A DNA stretch of 41,074 nucleotides from Octopus bimaculoides (lineage: Eukaryota): the NCBI RefSeq assembly GCF_001194135.2, contig NC_069005.1:4681255-4722328 (forward strand). The letters run 5' to 3'. The notes beneath the pieces are model-generated. The model worked only from the letters and a program-made list of their open reading frames with translations, was not told the DNA's origin and ran no database searches. A program made the position numbers and the translations under genes. Below are positions 38,648 through 41,074 of this stretch, piece after piece. Position 1 is the first letter of the stretch. The number at the start of each line of letters is the position of its first letter.

Positions 38648-39556
38648 GTCCATGTTTACCTGTAAATTTCAAAGATTATTTTTGAGAACAGAGAAAGAGC
38701 TGATAACATATTCTGGAAGATTTAATAGTATATGTTTGTTTGTTCGTTTCTTTGTTGTTTTGTTTACTTGTATCGTTTTTTTAATTTTTTTGTGTTTTTT
38801 TTTTTTGCCGTTGTTTTTGGGGTGTTTTGTAAGTCATAATAGTAATCCAGATTATTGAATCAGCATTAAAGCTATTCTAAGTCTGAAAGATTAGCGAGAA
38901 TTTCCAGTCCGTAATTACTTGAGAAATGTAAAAAATAAATCTTGAAGTAGAAGATTTAATCGAATTTACTTGTCCACAGAAACAACCATTGAGGAAAAAG
39001 ATTGCCAAAAAAACGTAAAGACGAAGACAAGAAGGAAAATAATCTCTTCGTTCTGATTGAAATGATTGTTTACTGTTTTCGAAAAACGTATCTGTTTTGC
39101 TCTTCCACACATTAGTGAAAGCTTCATTGACTGCTGGCAGCAGTATTTAATGTATACATCTTTTAATTTCAAAGAGAAATGAATGCAGGAAGTACTCAAT
39201 ATCTGATCATACGTAAAGAGATATACACGTGCATACATACGTTCATACATGCATACATGTATACGTTCACATTCAAACATACATACAGACAGACAGACAG
39301 ACAGACATACAGAGACATGCAGATACGTACGCGCATACATAATTATATACATACAATCCTTCATGCAAGTATACACGCATTCATTCTTTCATTCACACAT
39401 AAATACATGCATATGTGAATACGTATATACATATATATATATACATTCAAGTCTACACACGTACGAACATACAAACAGACATGCATTCACGCATATATAC
39501 ATACATTCATATATGCACAATTACATACATACATACATACATACATACAGACATAC

Positions 39557-39587
<31 letters not shown>

Positions 39588-39667
39588 ATTGCAGCGCAGA
39601 AGGTGTTTATAAGTCATTTCAGAAACACACAAAACTGTTAGATTCCCTCCAACATTTAAATTTAATT

Positions 39668-39714
39668 TGCCAAAATATTTTCGTCGCTTGGACACCGCGA
39701 CCTATTCACTGACA
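39668..39714 (-). ncRNA. Minimal type-I hammerhead ribozyme-like motif with variant core (GUGAAUA), Penelope pLTR-type
   Basis: Minus strand reads TGTCA-GTGAATA-G-GTCGC(ggtgtccaa)GCGAC-GAAA-ATATT-T-TGGCA. It has a 5-bp stem I, a 5-bp stem II, GAAA, and a palindromic stem III region (AAAATATTTT). Confidence 0.55.
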
Positions 39715-40031
39715 AATTCCATGCTGAACTGAATTTTATTGGAATTCTATTGCTTCACTCTCATCATAAAGGAACAGAAACAATATGAGAAAATTGATTG
39801 GAAATAGGTATCGATCACTACAATGCAATATATATACATACATATGTGTGTGTATGTTCTGTGGGTATTGCTGTAGGTCCTTCTGTGTGGATTTGTTCAG
39901 TATATATATATACGTATGTATATNNNNNNNNNNNNNNNNNNNNNNNNNNNNNNNNNNNNNNNNNNNNNNNNNNNNNNNNNNNNNNNNNNNNNNNNNNNNN
40001 NNNNNNNNNNNNNNNNNNNNNNNNNNNNNNN

Positions 40032-40064
<33 letters not shown>

Positions 40065-40179
40065 TCATACATACATGAACATAAGTACTATCAGTCAGAA
40101 AAAGTTTATATGTCAATAAAGCTGGTACATTATTGAAGTTGCACAGCATTATAAATTCCATTCAAGCGATCCTCTTTAC

Positions 40180-40269
40180 CATCCCTGAAAAGCGCGTTGA
40201 TAGTCATGTACACTTTTGGCGTATATCTAGGGATCCAATACGCGGTATGAAACGTATTGGTAAGATCGG
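40180..40269 (-). CDS. Candidate internal exon A (90 nt, phase 1-1) of an unidentified minus-strand gene: (A)DLTNTFHTAYWIPRYTPKVYMTINALFRD
   Basis: Acceptor ...ccatttcag| and donor G|gtaaag on the minus strand. Only one frame is open, and the island is GC-richer than its flanks. No family recognised. Confidence 0.4.
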
Positions 40270-41009
40270 CTGAAATGGATCTACAATACTACATAATTTG
40301 ATACGGATATGCGTGTATATGTGTGTGTCTCTGTACGTATGTGTGTATGAATGCTTTTGTGTGCATCTACGCATGTATCTGTGTGTGTTTGTGCGTGCGT
40401 GTGCGAATGTGTCTGTATATTCATGTGTATGTACGTGGCTGATGGATACTGTCTACAGATAGTGGGAATGATTGCAACCTACAATATGCCACAATAAAAA
40501 TTGAAAAAATGCAAATCTGTTGCCCGAGGCGTATCTCTTTAGCATTATAGTCATCTACCTCGAAATATGAAATAATAATATTTCACAAAGACAAACACGA
40601 AAACAGACAAAACAAAGCAAAAATATAATATTTGATATCAACTTTGATCTGTCGAAAAATTATAAAGAATATATCTTATGGTGAATAATGAATAAATATA
40701 TATCTATAAGAGCTAAATAATATTTACGTAATCATACGTGATAGATCACCAATGTCTAAGAGGATGACCAGTAACAGAGCGGGTTTATCAAGAATGTAGT
40801 CGTGAAAATATCTTTGTATGCGTGTACGCATCGCATATATATACACCTACACATATAAATACGCATATATGCATATATACATATATATATACATATTTAA
40901 ACATAGATACATATATACATATACATATGCATATATACTTATATATATGTATATACGTATAACTATATACATATACACACATATTTGCGTATACATATAT
41001 ATGTAAAAT

Positions 41010-41074
<65 letters not shown>

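Overview
Eukaryotic, AT-rich, microsatellite-saturated draft-assembly DNA with 14 N-gaps, nearly all flanked by simple repeats. The SINE families and repeat landscape look like an octopus/coleoid cephalopod genome; this is inferred from remembered repeat families, not from a database search. Almost all ORFs in the supplied track are translated microsatellites or N-runs and are not genes. The following is supported by the sequence. (1) Many tRNA-derived SINE copies from three families. (2) A nest of decayed retroelements at about 10.3-13.3 kb: CRE-like and R4/Dong-like non-LTR fragments, a Penelope-like RT, and a Tx1/L1-like ORF2 tail. (3) Penelope pLTR-type repeats carrying minimal type-I hammerhead ribozyme motifs of three different sequence families, one with an unusual G3/U8 core (39668-39714). 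(4) A Tc1/mariner-type MITE and an 82-nt loopless fold-back. (5) A set of small minus-strand candidate exons with canonical splice sites; five of them join in one phase-consistent reading frame encoding an unrecognised protein. No prokaryotic system, CRISPR array, rRNA or intact tRNA was found.
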